DNA of 64,000 nucleotides from the human T2T-CHM13v2.0 reference genome, Homo sapiens. The position numbers and the translations under genes are program-made. Where the stretch lies: NCBI RefSeq assembly GCF_009914755.1, contig NC_060925.1. One strand, given 5' to 3'. Below, one piece after another: positions 1 to 13,500 of the stretch (positions are counted from its first letter, which is position 1; the number at the start of each line of letters is the position of its first letter). The notes under the pieces were generated by a model. That model was not told where the DNA came from. It made no database searches and was given only the letters and a program-made list of their open reading frames with translations.

Positions 1-32
1 ATCATCAAATGGAACCGAATGGAATCCTCATT

Positions 33-968
33 GAATGGAAATGAAAGGGGTCATCATCTAATGGAATCGCATGGAATCATCATCAAATGGAATCGAATGG
101 AATCATCATCAAATGGAATCTAATGGAATCATTGAACAGAATTGAATGGAATCGTCATCGAATGAATTGAATGCAATCATCGAATGGTCTCGAATGGAAT
201 CATCTTCTAATGGAAAGGAATGGAATCATCGCATAGAATCGAATGGAATTATCATCGAATGGAATCGAATGGTATCAACACCAAACGGAAAAAAACGGAA
301 TTATCGAATGGAATCGAAGAGAATCTTCGAACGGACCCGAATGGAATCATCTAATGGAATGGAATGGAATAATCCATGGACTCGAATGCAATCATCATCG
401 AATGGAATCGAATGGAATCATCGAATGGACTCGAATGGAATAATCATTGAACGGAATCGAATGGAATCATCATCGGATGGAAACGAATGGAATCATCATC
501 GAATGGAAATGAAAGGAGTCATCATCTAATGGAATTGCATGGAATCATCATAAAATGCAATCGAATGGAATCAACATCAAATGGAATCAAATGGAATCAT
601 TGAACGGAATTGAATGGAATCGTCATCGAATGAATTGACTGCAATCATCGAATGGTCTCGAATGGAATCATCTTCAAATGGAATGGAATGGAATCATCGC
701 ATAGAATCGAATGGAATTATCATCGAATGGAATCGAATGGAATCAACATCAAACGGAAAAAAACAGAATTATCGTATGGAATCTAAGAGAATCATCGAAT
801 GGACCCGAATGGAATCATCTAATGGAATGGAATGGAATAATCCATGGACTCGAATGCAATCATCATCGAATGGAATCGAATGGAATCATCGAATGGACTC
901 GAATGGAATAATCATTGAACGGAATCGAATGGAATCATCATCGGATGGAAATGAATGGAATCATCATC
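33..968 (+). repeat. Internal 468-bp tandem subrepeat pair (A: 33-500, B: 501-968), present in each standard unit
   Basis: GAATGGAAATGAAAGG(G/A)GTCATCATCTAATGG occurs at 33 and 501, and the pseudo-ORFs at 146 and 614 are nearly identical. Fixed A/B differences include TTGAATGCA/TTGACTGCA, TTCTAATGGAAAGG/TTCAAATGGAATGG, GGTATCAACACC/GGAATCAACATC and TCTTCGAACGG/TCATCGAATGG. Confidence 0.95.
121..131 (+). promoter_or_regulatory. DUX4-type motif TAATGGAATCA (first of two per unit; representative copy)
   Basis: Exact match to the DUX4 consensus TAAYBBAATCA. DUX4 is known to bind HSATII and induce its transcription. Occupancy at this site cannot be shown from sequence. Confidence 0.55.
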
Positions 969-1053
969 GAATGGAATCGAATAGAATTATGGAATGAAAT
1001 CCAGTGTGATCATCATCGAATGGACCCGAATGGAATCATCATCCAACGGAAGC

Positions 1054-1064
1054 TAATGGAATCA
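1054..1064 (+). promoter_or_regulatory. DUX4-type motif TAATGGAATCA (second of two per unit; representative copy)
   Basis: The context AAGCTAATGGAATCAAC matches TAAYBBAATCA and recurs at the unit period. Confidence 0.55.
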
Positions 1065-1495
1065 ACATCGAATGAATCGAATGGAAACACCATCGAATTG
1101 AAACGAATGGAATTATCATGAAATTGAAATGGATGGACACATCATCGAATGGATTCGAATGGAATCATCGAATAAAATTGATTGAAATCATCATCAAATG
1201 GAATCGAATGGTATCATTGAATGGAATCGAATGGAATCATCATCAGATGGAAATGAATGGAATCGTCATAGAATGGAATCGAATGGATTCATTGAATGGA
1301 ATCAGATGGAATCATCGAATGGACTGGAATGGAATCATTGAATGGACTCGAAAGGGATCATTATTGAATGGAATTGAATGGAATCATCGAATGGTCTTGA
1401 TTGGAATCATTACCAAATGGAATCGAATGGAATCACCGAATAGAATCGAATGGAACAATCATCGAATGGACTCAAATGGAATTATCCTCAAATGG

Positions 1496-1549
1496 AATCG
1501 AATGGAATTATCGAATGCAATCGAATGGAATTATCGAATGCAATCGAAT
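1496..1549 (+). repeat. 23-bp tandem duplication (GAATGGAATTATCGAATGCAATC)x2 in the non-duplicated part of each unit
   Basis: Read directly at about 1500-1545 and repeated at the same offset in other units. Confidence 0.85.
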
Positions 1550-4500
1550 AGAATCATCGAATGGACTCGAATGGAATCATCGAATGGAATGGAATGGAAC
1601 AGTCAATGAACTCGAATGGAATCATCATTGAATGGAATCGAATGGAATCATCGAGTGGAATCGAATGGAATTATGATCAAATGGAATCGAATGTATTCAT
1701 CATCAAATGGAATCAAAAATAACCATCATCAATTGGTATTGAATGGAATTGTCATCAAATGGAATTCAAAGGAATCATCATCAAATGGAACCGAATGGAA
1801 TCCTCATTGAATGGAAATGAAAGGGGTCATCATCTAATGGAATCGCATGGAATCATCATCAAATGGAATCGAATGGAATCATCATCAAATGGAATCTAAT
1901 GGAATCATTGAACAGAATTGAATGGAATCGTCATCGAATGAATTGAATGCAATCATCGAATGGTCTCGAATGGAATCATCTTCTAATGGAAAGGAATGGA
2001 ATCATCGCATAGAATCGAATGGAATTATCATCGAATGGAATCGAATGGTATCAACACCAAACGGAAAAAAACGGAATTATCGAATGGAATCGAAGAGAAT
2101 CTTCGAACGGACCCGAATGGAATCATCTAATGGAATGGAATGGAATAATCCATGGACTCGAATGCAATCATCATCGAATGGAATCGAATGGAATCATCGA
2201 ATGGACTCGAATGGAATAATCATTGAACGGAATCGAATGGAATCATCATCGGATGGAAATGAATGGAATCATCATCGAATGGAAATGAAAGGAGTCATCA
2301 TCTAATGGAATTGCATGGAATCATCATAAAATGGAATCAAATGGAATCAACCTCAAATGGAATCAAGTGGAATCATTGAACGGAATTGAATGGAATCGTC
2401 ATCGAATGAATTGACTGCAATCATCGAATGGTCTCGAATGGAATCATCTTCAAATGGAATGGAATGGAATCATCGCATAGAATCGAATGGAATTATCATC
2501 GAATGGAATCGAATGGAATCAACATCAAACGGAAAAAAACGGAATTATCGAATGGAATCGAAGAGAATCATCGAATGGACCCGAATGGAATCATCTAATG
2601 GAATGGAATGGAATAATTCATGGACTCGAATGCAATCATCATCGAATGGAATCGAATGGAATCATCGAATGGACTCGAATGGAATAATCATTGAACGGAA
2701 TCGAATGGAATCATCATCGGATGGAAATGAATGGAATCATCATCGAATGGAATCGAATAGAATTATGGAATGAAATCCAGTGTGATCATCATCGAATGGA
2801 CCCGAATGGAATCATCATCCAACGGAAGCTAATGGAATCAACATCGAATGAATCGAATGGAAACACCATCGAATTGAAACGAATGGAATTATCATGAAAT
2901 TGAAATGGATGGACTCATCATCGAATGGATTCGAATGGAATCATCGAATAAAATTGATTGAAATCATCATCGAATGGAATCGAATGGTATCATTGAATGG
3001 AATCGAATGGAATCATCATCAGATGGAAATGAATGGAATCGTCATAGAATGGAATCGAATGGATTCATTGAATGGAATCAGATGGAATCATCGAATGGAC
3101 TGGAATGGAATCATTGAATGGACTCGAAAGGGATCACGATTGAATGGAATTGAATGGAATCATCGAATGGTCTCGATTGGAATCATTATCAAATGGAATC
3201 GAATGGAATCACCGAATAGAATCGAATGGAACAATCATCGAATGGACTCAAATGGAATTATCCTCCAATGGAATCGAATGGAATTATCGAATGCAATCGA
3301 ATGGAATTATCGAATGCAATCGAATAGAATCATCGAATGGACTCGAATGGAATCATCGAATGGAATGGAATGGAACAGTCAATGAACTCGAATGGAATCA
3401 TCATTGAATGGAATCGAATGGAATCATCGAGTGGAATCGAATGGAATTATGATCAAATGGAATCGAATGTAATCATCATCAAATGGAATCAAAAATAACC
3501 ATCATCAATTGGTATTGAATGGAATTGTCATCAAATGGAATTCAAAGGAATCATCATCAAATGGAACCGAATGGAATCCTCATTGAATGGAAATGAAAGG
3601 GGTCATCATCTAATGGAATCGCATGGAATCATCATCAAATGGAATCGAATGGAATCATCATCAAATGGAATCTAATGGAATCATTGAACAGAATTGAATG
3701 GAATCGTCATCGAATGAATTGAATGCAATCATCGAATGGTCTCGAATGGAATCATCTTCTAATGGAAAGGAATGGAATCATCGCATAGAATCGAATGGAA
3801 TTATCATCGAATGGAATCGAATGGTATCAACACCAAACGGAAAAAAACGGAATTATCGAATGGAATCGAAGAGAATCTTCGAACGGACCCGAATGGAATC
3901 ATCTAATGGAATGGAATGGAATAATCCATGGACTCGAATGCAATCATCATCGAAAGGAATCGAATGGAATCATCGAATGGACTCGAATGGAATAATCATT
4001 GAACGGAATCGAATGGAATCATCATCGGATGGAAATGAATGGAATCATCATCGAATGGAAATGAAAGGAGTCATCATCTAATGGAATTGCATGGAATCAT
4101 CATAAAATGGAATCAAATGGAATCAACCTCAAATGGAATTAAGTGGAATCATTGAACGGAATTGAATGGAATCGTCATCGAATGAATTGACTGCAATCAT
4201 CGAATGGTCTCGAATGGAATCATCTTCAAATGGAATGGAATGGAATCATCGCATAGAATCGAATGGAATTATCATCGAATGGAATCGAATGGAATCAACA
4301 TCAAACGGAAAAAAACGGAATTATCGAATGGAATCGAAGAGAATCATCGAATGGACCCGAATGGAATCATCTAATGGAATGGAATGGAATAATCCATGGA
4401 CTCGAATGCAATCATCATCGAATGGAATCGAATGGAATCATCGAATGGACTCGAATGGAATAATCATTGAACGGAATCGAATGGAATCATCATCGGATGG

Positions 4501-7500
4501 AAATGAATGGAATCATCATCGAATGGAATCGAATAGAATTATGGAATGAAATCCAGTGTGATCATCATCGAATGGACCCGAATGGAATCATCATCCAACG
4601 GAAGCTAATGGAATCAACATCGAATGAATCGAATGGAAACACCATCGAATTGAAACGAATGGAATTATCATGAAATTGAAATGGATGGACTCATCATCGA
4701 ATGGATTCGAATGGAATCATCGAATAAAATTGATTGAAATCATCATCGAATGGAATCGAATGGTATCATTGAATGGAATCGAATGGAATCATCATCAGAT
4801 GGAAATGAATGGAATCGTCATAGAATGGAATCGAATGGATTCATTGAATGGAATCAGATGGAATCATCGAATGGACTGGAATGGAATCATTGAATGGACT
4901 CGAAAGGGATCATGATTGAATGGAATTGAATGGAATCATCGAATGGTCTCGATTGGAATCATTATCAAATGGAATCGAATGGAATCACCGAATAGAATCG
5001 AATGGAACAATCATCGAATGGACTCAAATGGAATTATCCTCCAATGGAATCGAATGGAATTATCGAATGCAATCGAATGGAATTATCGAATGCAATCGAA
5101 TAGAATCATCGAATGGACTCGAATGGAATCATCGAATGGAATGGAATGGAACAGTCAATGAACTCGAATGGAATCATCATTGAATGGAATCGAATGGAAT
5201 CATCGAGTGGAATCGAATGGAATTATGATCAAATGGAATCGAATGTAATCATCATCAAATGGAATCAAAAATAACCATCATCAATTGGTATTGAATGGAA
5301 TTGTCATCAAATGGAATTCAAAGGAATCATCATCAAATGGAACCGAATGGAATCCTCATTGAATGGAAATGAAAGGGGTCATCATCTAATGGAATCGCAT
5401 GGAATCATCATCAAATGGAATCGAATGGAATCATCATCAAATGGAATCTAATGGAATCATTGAACAGAATTGAATGGAATCGTCATCGAATGAATTGAAT
5501 GCAATCATCGAATGGTCTCGAATGGAATCATCTTCTAATGGAAAGGAATGGAATCATCGCATAGAATCGAATGGAATTATCATCGAATGGAATCGAATGG
5601 TATCAACACCAAACGGAAAAAAACGGAATTATCGAATGGAATCGAAGAGAATCTTCGAACGGACCCGAATGGAATCATCTAATGGAATGGAATGGAATAA
5701 TCCATGGACTCGAATGCAATCATCATCGAATGGAATGGAATGGAATCATCGAATGGACTCGAATGGAATAATCATTGAACGGAATCGAATGGAATCATCA
5801 TCGGATGGAAACGAATGGAATCATCATCGAATGGAAATGAAAGGAGTCATCATCTAATGGAATTGCATGGAATCATCATAAAATGGAATCGAATGGAATC
5901 AACATCAAATGGAATCAAATGGAATCATTGAACGGAATTGAATGGAATCGTCATCGAATGAATTGACTGCAATCATCGAATGGTCTCGAATGGAATCATC
6001 TTCAAATGGAATGGAATGGAATCATCGCATAGAATCGAATGGAATTATCATCGAATGGAATCGAATGGAATTAACATCAAATGGAAAAAACGGAATTATC
6101 GAATGGAATCGAAGAGAATCATCGAATGGACCCGAATGGAATCATCTAATGGAATGGAATGGAATAATCCATGGACTCGAATGCAATCATCATCGAATGG
6201 AATCGAATGGAATCATCGAATGGACTCGAATGGAATAATCATTGAACGGAATCGAATGGAATCATCATCGGATGGAAATGAATGGAATCATCATCGAATG
6301 GAATCGAATAGAATTATGGAATGAAATCCAGTGTGATCATCATCGAATGGACCCGAATGGAATCATCATCCAACGGAAGCTAATGGAATCAACATCGAAT
6401 GAATCGAATGGAAACACCATCGAATTGAAACGAATGGAATTATCATGAAATTGAAATGGATGGACTCATCATCGAATGGATTCGAATGGAATCATCGAAT
6501 AAAATTGATTGAAATCATCATCGAATGGAATCGAATGGTATCATTGAATGGAATCGAATGGAATCATCATCAGATGGAAATGAATGGAATTGACATAGAA
6601 TGGAATCGAATGGATTCATTGAATGGAATCAGATGGAATCATCGAATGGACTGGAATGGAATCATTGAATGGACTCGAAAGGGATCATGATTGAATGGAA
6701 TTGAATGGAATCATCGAATGGTCTCGATTGGAATCATTATAAAATGGAATCGAATGGAATCACCGAATAGAATCGAATGGAACAATCATCGAATGGACTC
6801 AAATGGAATTATCCTCAAATGGAATCGAATGGAATTATCGAATGCAATCGAATGGAATTATCGAATGCAATCGAATAGAATCATCGAAAGGACTCGAATG
6901 GAATCATCGAATGGAATGGAATGGAACAGTCAATGAACTCGAATGGAATCATCATTGAATGGAATCGAATGGAATCATCGAGTGGAATCGAATGGAATTA
7001 TGATCAAATGGAATCGAATGTAATCATCATCAAATGGAATCAAAAATAACCATCATCAATTGGTATTGAATGGAATTGTCATCAAATGGAATTCAAAGGA
7101 ATCATCATCAAATGGAACCGAATGGAATCCTCATTGAATGGAAATGAAAGGGGTCATCATCTAATGGAATCGCATGGAATCATCATCAAATGGAATCGAA
7201 TGGAATCATCATCAAATGGAATCTAATGGAATCATTGAAAAGAATTGAATGGAATCGTCATCGAATGAATTGAATGCAATCATCGAATGGTCTCGAATGG
7301 AATCATCTTCTAATGGAAAGGAATGGAATCATCGCATAGAATCGAATGGAATTATCATCGAATGGAATCGAATGGTATCAACACCAAACGGAAAAAAACG
7401 GAATTATCGAATGGAATCGAAGAGAATCTTCGAACGGACCCGAATGGAATCATCTAATGGAATGGAATGGAATAATCCATGGACTCGAATGCAATCATCA

Positions 7501-10500
7501 TCGAATGGAATCGACTGGAATCATCGAATGGACTCGAATGGAATAATCATTGAACGGAATCGAATGGAATCATCATCGGATGGAAACGAATGGAATCATC
7601 ATCGAATGGAAATGAAAGGAGTCATCATCTAATGGAATTGCATGGAATCATCATAAAATGGAATCGAATGGAATCAACATCAAATGGAATCAAATGGAAT
7701 CATTGAACGGAATTGAATGGAATCGTCATCGAATGAATTGACTGCAATCATCGAATGGTCTCGAATGGAATCATCTTCAAATGGAATGGAATGGAATCAT
7801 CGCATAGAATCGAATGGAATTATCATCGAATGGAATCGAATGGAATCAACATCAAACGGAAAAAAACGGAATTATCGAATGGAATCGAAGAGAATCATCG
7901 AATGGACCCGAATGGAATAATCTAATGGAATGGAATGGAATAATCCATGGACTCGAATGCAATCATCATCGAATGGAATCGAATGGAATCATCGAATGGA
8001 CTCGAATGGAATAATCATTGAACGGAATCGAATGGAATCATCATCGGATGGAAATGAATGGAATCATCATCGAATGGAATCGAATAGAATTATGGAATGA
8101 AATCCAGTGTGATCATCATCGAATGGACCCGAATGGAATCATCATCCAACGGAAGCTAATGGAATCAACATCGAATGAATCGAATGGAAACACCATCGAA
8201 TTGAAACGAATGGAATTATCATGAAATTGAAATGGATGGACTCATCATCGAATGGATTCGAATGGAATCATCGAATAAAATTTATTGAAATCATCATCCA
8301 ATGGAATCGAATGGTATCATTGAATGGAATCGAATGGAATCATCATCAGATGGAAATGAATGGAATCGTCATAGAATGGAATCGAATGGATTCATTGAAT
8401 GGAATCAGATGGAATCATCGAATGGACTGGAATGGAATCATTGAATGGACTCGAAAGGGATCATGATTGAATGGAATTGAATGGAATCATCGAATGGTCT
8501 CGATTGGAATCATTATCAAATGGAATCGAATGGAATCACCAAATAGAATCGAATGGAACAATCATCGAATGGACTCAAATGGAATTATCCTCAAATGGAA
8601 TCGAATGGAATTATCGAATGCAATCGAATGGAATTATCGAATGCAATCGAATAGAATCATCGAAAGGACTCGAATGGAATCATCGAATGGAATGGAATGG
8701 AACAGTCAATGAACTCGAATGGAATCATCATTGAATGGAATCGAATGGAATCATCGAGTGGAATCGAATGGAATTATGATCAAATGGAATCTAATGTAAT
8801 CATCATCAAATGGAATCAAAAATAACCATCATCAATTGGTATTGAATGGAATTGTCATCAAATGGAATTCAAAGGAATCATCATCAAATGGAACCGAATG
8901 GAATCCTCATTGAATGGAAATGAAAGGGGTCATCATCTAATGGAATCGCATGGAATCATCATCAAATGGAATCGAATGGAATCATCATCAAATGGAATCT
9001 AATGGAATCATTGAACAGAATTGAATGGAATCGTCATCGAATGAATTGAATGCAATCATCGAATGGTCTCGAATGGAATCATCTTCTAATGGAAAGGAAT
9101 GGAATCATCGCATAGAATCGAATGGAATTATCATCGAATGGAATCGAATGGTATCAACACCAAACGGAAAAAAACGGAATTATCGAATGGAATCGAAGAG
9201 AATCTTCGAACGGACCCGAATGGAATCATCTAATGGAATGGAATGGAATAATCCATGGACTCGAATGCAATCATCATCGAATGGAATGGAATGGAATCAT
9301 CGAATGGACTCGAATGGAATAATCATTGAACGGAATCGAATGGAATCATCATCGGATGGAAACGAATGGAATCATCATCGAATGGAAATGAAAGGAGTCA
9401 TCATCTAATGGAATTGCATGGAATCATCATAAAATGGAATCGAATGGAATCAACATCAAATGGAATCAAATGGAATCATTGAACGGAATTGAATGGAATC
9501 GTCATCGAATGAATTGACTGCAATCATCGAATGGTCTCGAATGGAATCATCTTCAAATGGAATGGAATGGAATCATCGCATAGAATCGAATGGAATTATC
9601 ATCGAATGGAATCGAATGGAATCAACATCAAACGGAAAAAAACGGAATTATCGAATGGAATCGAAGAGAATCATCGAATGGACCCGAATGGAATCATCTA
9701 ATGGAATGGAATGGAATAATCCATGGACTCGAATGCAATCATCATCGAATGGAATCGAATGGAATCATCGAATGGACTCGAATGGAATAATCATTGAACG
9801 GAATCGAATGGAATCATCATCGGATGGAAATGAATGGAATCATCATCGAATGGAATCGAATAGAATTATGGAATGAAATCCAGTGTGATCATCATCGAAT
9901 GGACCCGAATGGAATCATCATCCAACGGAAGCTAATGGAATCAACATCGAATGAATCGAATGGAAACACCATCGAATTGAAACGAATGGAATTATCATGA
10001 AATTGAAATGGATGGACTCATCATCGAATGGATTCGAATGGAATCATCGAATAAAATTTATTGAAATCATCATCCAATGGAATCGAATGGTATCATTGAA
10101 TGGAATCGAATGGAATCATCATCAGATGGAAATGAATGGAATCGTCATAGAATGGAATCGAATGGATTCATTGAATGGAATCAGATGGAATCATCGAATG
10201 GACTGGAATGGAATCATTGAATGGACTCGAAAGGGATCATGATTGAATGGAATTGAATGGAATCATCGAATGGTCTCGATTGGAATCATTATCAAATGGA
10301 ATCGAATGGAATCACCAAATAGAATCGAATGGAACAATCATCGAATGGACTCAAATGGAATTATCCTCAAATGGAATCGAATGGAATTATCGAATGCAAT
10401 CGAATGGAATTATCGAATGCAATCGAATAGAATCATCGAAAGGACTCGAATGGAATCATCGAATGGAATGGAATGGAACAGTCAATGAACTCGAATGGAA

Positions 10501-13500
10501 TCATCATTGAATGGAATCGAATGGAATCATCGAGTGGAATCGAATGGAATTATGATCAAATGGAATCTAATGTAATCATCATCAAATGGAATCAAAAATA
10601 ACCATCATCAATTGGTATTGAATGGAATTGTCATCAAATGGAATTCAAAGGAATCATCATCAAATGGAACCGAATGGAATCCTCATTGAATGGAAATGAA
10701 AGGGGTCATCATCTAATGGAATCGCATGGAATCATCATCAAATGGAATCGAATGGAATCATCATCAAATGGAATCTAATGGAATCATTGAACAGAATTGA
10801 ATGGAATCGTCATCGAATGAATTGAATGCAATCATCGAATGGTCTCGAATGGAATCATCTTCTAATGGAAAGGAATGGAATCATCGCATAGAATCGAATG
10901 GAATTATCATCGAATGGAATCGAATGGTATCAACACCAAACGGAAAAAAACGGAATTATCGAATGGAATCGAAGAGAATCTTCGAACGGACCCGAATGGA
11001 ATCATCTAATGGAATGGAATGGAATAATCCATGGACTCGAATGCAATCATCATCGAATGGAATGGAATGGAATCATCGAATGGACTCGAATGGAATAATC
11101 ATTGAACGGAATCGAATGGAATCATCATCGGATGGAAACGAATGGAATCATCATCGAATGGAAATGAAAGGAGTCATCATCTAATGGAATTGCATGGAAT
11201 CATCATAAAATGGAATCGAATGGAATCAACATCAAATGGAATCAAATGGAATCATTGAACGGAATTGAATGGAATCGTCATCGAATGAATTGACTGCAAT
11301 CATCGAATGGTCTCGAATGGAATCATCTTCAAATGGAATGGAATGGAATCATCGCATAGAATCGAATGGAATTATCATCGAATGGAATCGAATGGAATCA
11401 ACATCAAACGGAAAAAAACGGAATTATCGAATGGAATCGAAGAGAATCATCGAATGGACCCGAATGGAATCATCTAATGGAATGGAATGGAATAATCCAT
11501 GGACTCGAATGCAATCATCATCGAATGGAATCGAATGGAATCATCGAATGGACTCGAATGGAATAATCATTGAACGGAATCGAATGGAATCATCATCGGA
11601 TGGAAATGAATGGAATCATCATCGAATGGAATCGAATAGAATTATGGAATGAAATCCAGTGTGATCATCATCGAATGGACCCGAATGGAATCATCATCCA
11701 ACGGAAGCTAATGGAATCAACATCGAATGAATCGAATGGAAACACCATCGAATTGAAACGAATGGAATTATCATGAAATTGAAATGGATGGACTCATCAT
11801 CGAATGGATTCGAATGGAATCATCGAATAAAATTGATTGAAATCATCATCGAATGGAATCGAATGGTATCATTGAATGGAATCGAATGGAATCATCATCA
11901 GATGGAAATGAATGGAATCGTCATAGAATGGAATCGAATGGATTCATTGAATGGAATCAGATGGAATCATCGAATGGACTGGAATGGAATCATTGAATGG
12001 ACTCGAAAGGGATCATGATTGAATGGAATTGAATGGAATCATCGAATGGTCTCGATTGGAATCATTATCAAAAGGAATCGAATGGAATCACCGAATAGAA
12101 TCGAATGGAACAATCATCGAATGGACTCAAATGGAATTATCCTCAAATGGAATCGAATGGAATTATCGAATGCAATCGAATGGAATTATAGAATGCAATC
12201 GAATAGAATCATCGAATGGACTCGAATGGAATCATCGAATGGAATGGAATGGAACAGTCAATGAACTCGAATGGAATCATCATTGAATGGAATCGAATGG
12301 AATCATCGAGTGGAATCGAATGGAATTATGATCAAATGGAATCGAATGTAATCATCATCAAATGGAATCAAAAATAACCATCATCAATTGGTATTGAATG
12401 GAATTGTCATCAAATGGAATTCAAAGGAATCATCATCAAATGGAACCGAATGGAATCCTCATTGAATGGAAATGAAAGGGGTCATCATCTAATGGAATCG
12501 CATGGAATCATCATCAAATGGAATCGAATGGAATCATCATCAAATGGAATCTAATGGAATCATTGAACAGAATTGAATGGAATCGTCATCGAATGAATTG
12601 AATGCAATCATCGAATGGTCTCGAATGGAATCATCTTCTAATGGAAAGGAATGGAATCATCGCATAGAATCGAATGGAATTATCATCGAATGGAATCGAA
12701 TGGTATCAACACCAAACGGAAAAAAACGGAATTATCGAATGGAATCGAAGAGAATCTTCGAACGGACCCGAATGGAATCATCTAATGGAATGGAATGGAA
12801 TAATCCATGGACTCGAATGCAATCATCATCGAATGGAATGGAATGGAATCATCGAATGGACTCGAATGGAATAATCATCGAACGGAATCGAATGGAATCA
12901 TCATCGGATGGAAACGAATGGAATCATCATCGAATGGAAATGAAAGGAGTCATCATCTAATGGAATTGCATGGAATCATCATAAAATGGAATCGAATGGA
13001 ATCAACATCAAATGGAATCAAATGGAAAAATTGAACAGAATTGAATGGAATCGTCATCGAATGAATTGACTGCAATCATCGAATGGTCTCGAATGGAATC
13101 ATCTTCAAATGGAATGGAATGGAATCATCGCATAGAATCGAATGGAATTATCATCGAATGGAATCGAATGGAATCAACATCAAACGGAAAAAAACAGAAT
13201 TATCGTATGGAATCGAAGAGAATCATCGAATGGACCCGAATGGAATCATCTAATGGAATGGAATGGAATAATCCATGGACTCGAATGCAATCTTCATCGA
13301 ATGGAATCGAATGGAATCATCGAATGGACTCGAATGGAATAATCATTGAACGGAATCGAATGGAATCATCATCGGATGGAAATGAATGGAATCATCATCG
13401 AATGGAATCGAATAGAATTATGGAATGAAATCCAGTGTGATCATCATCGAATGGACCCGAATGGAATCATGATCCAACGGAAGCTAATGGAATCAACATC

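Noticed and set aside
350-372. TEAD/M-CAT (GGAATG) motifs in GGAATGGAATGG runs
   Set aside because: The motif is intrinsic to the pentamer repeat, so no specific site can be singled out from sequence alone.
1171-1176. AATAAA polyadenylation hexamer once per unit
   Set aside because: It can arise by chance on an A-rich strand, there is no clear downstream GU-rich element, and there is no transcript evidence.
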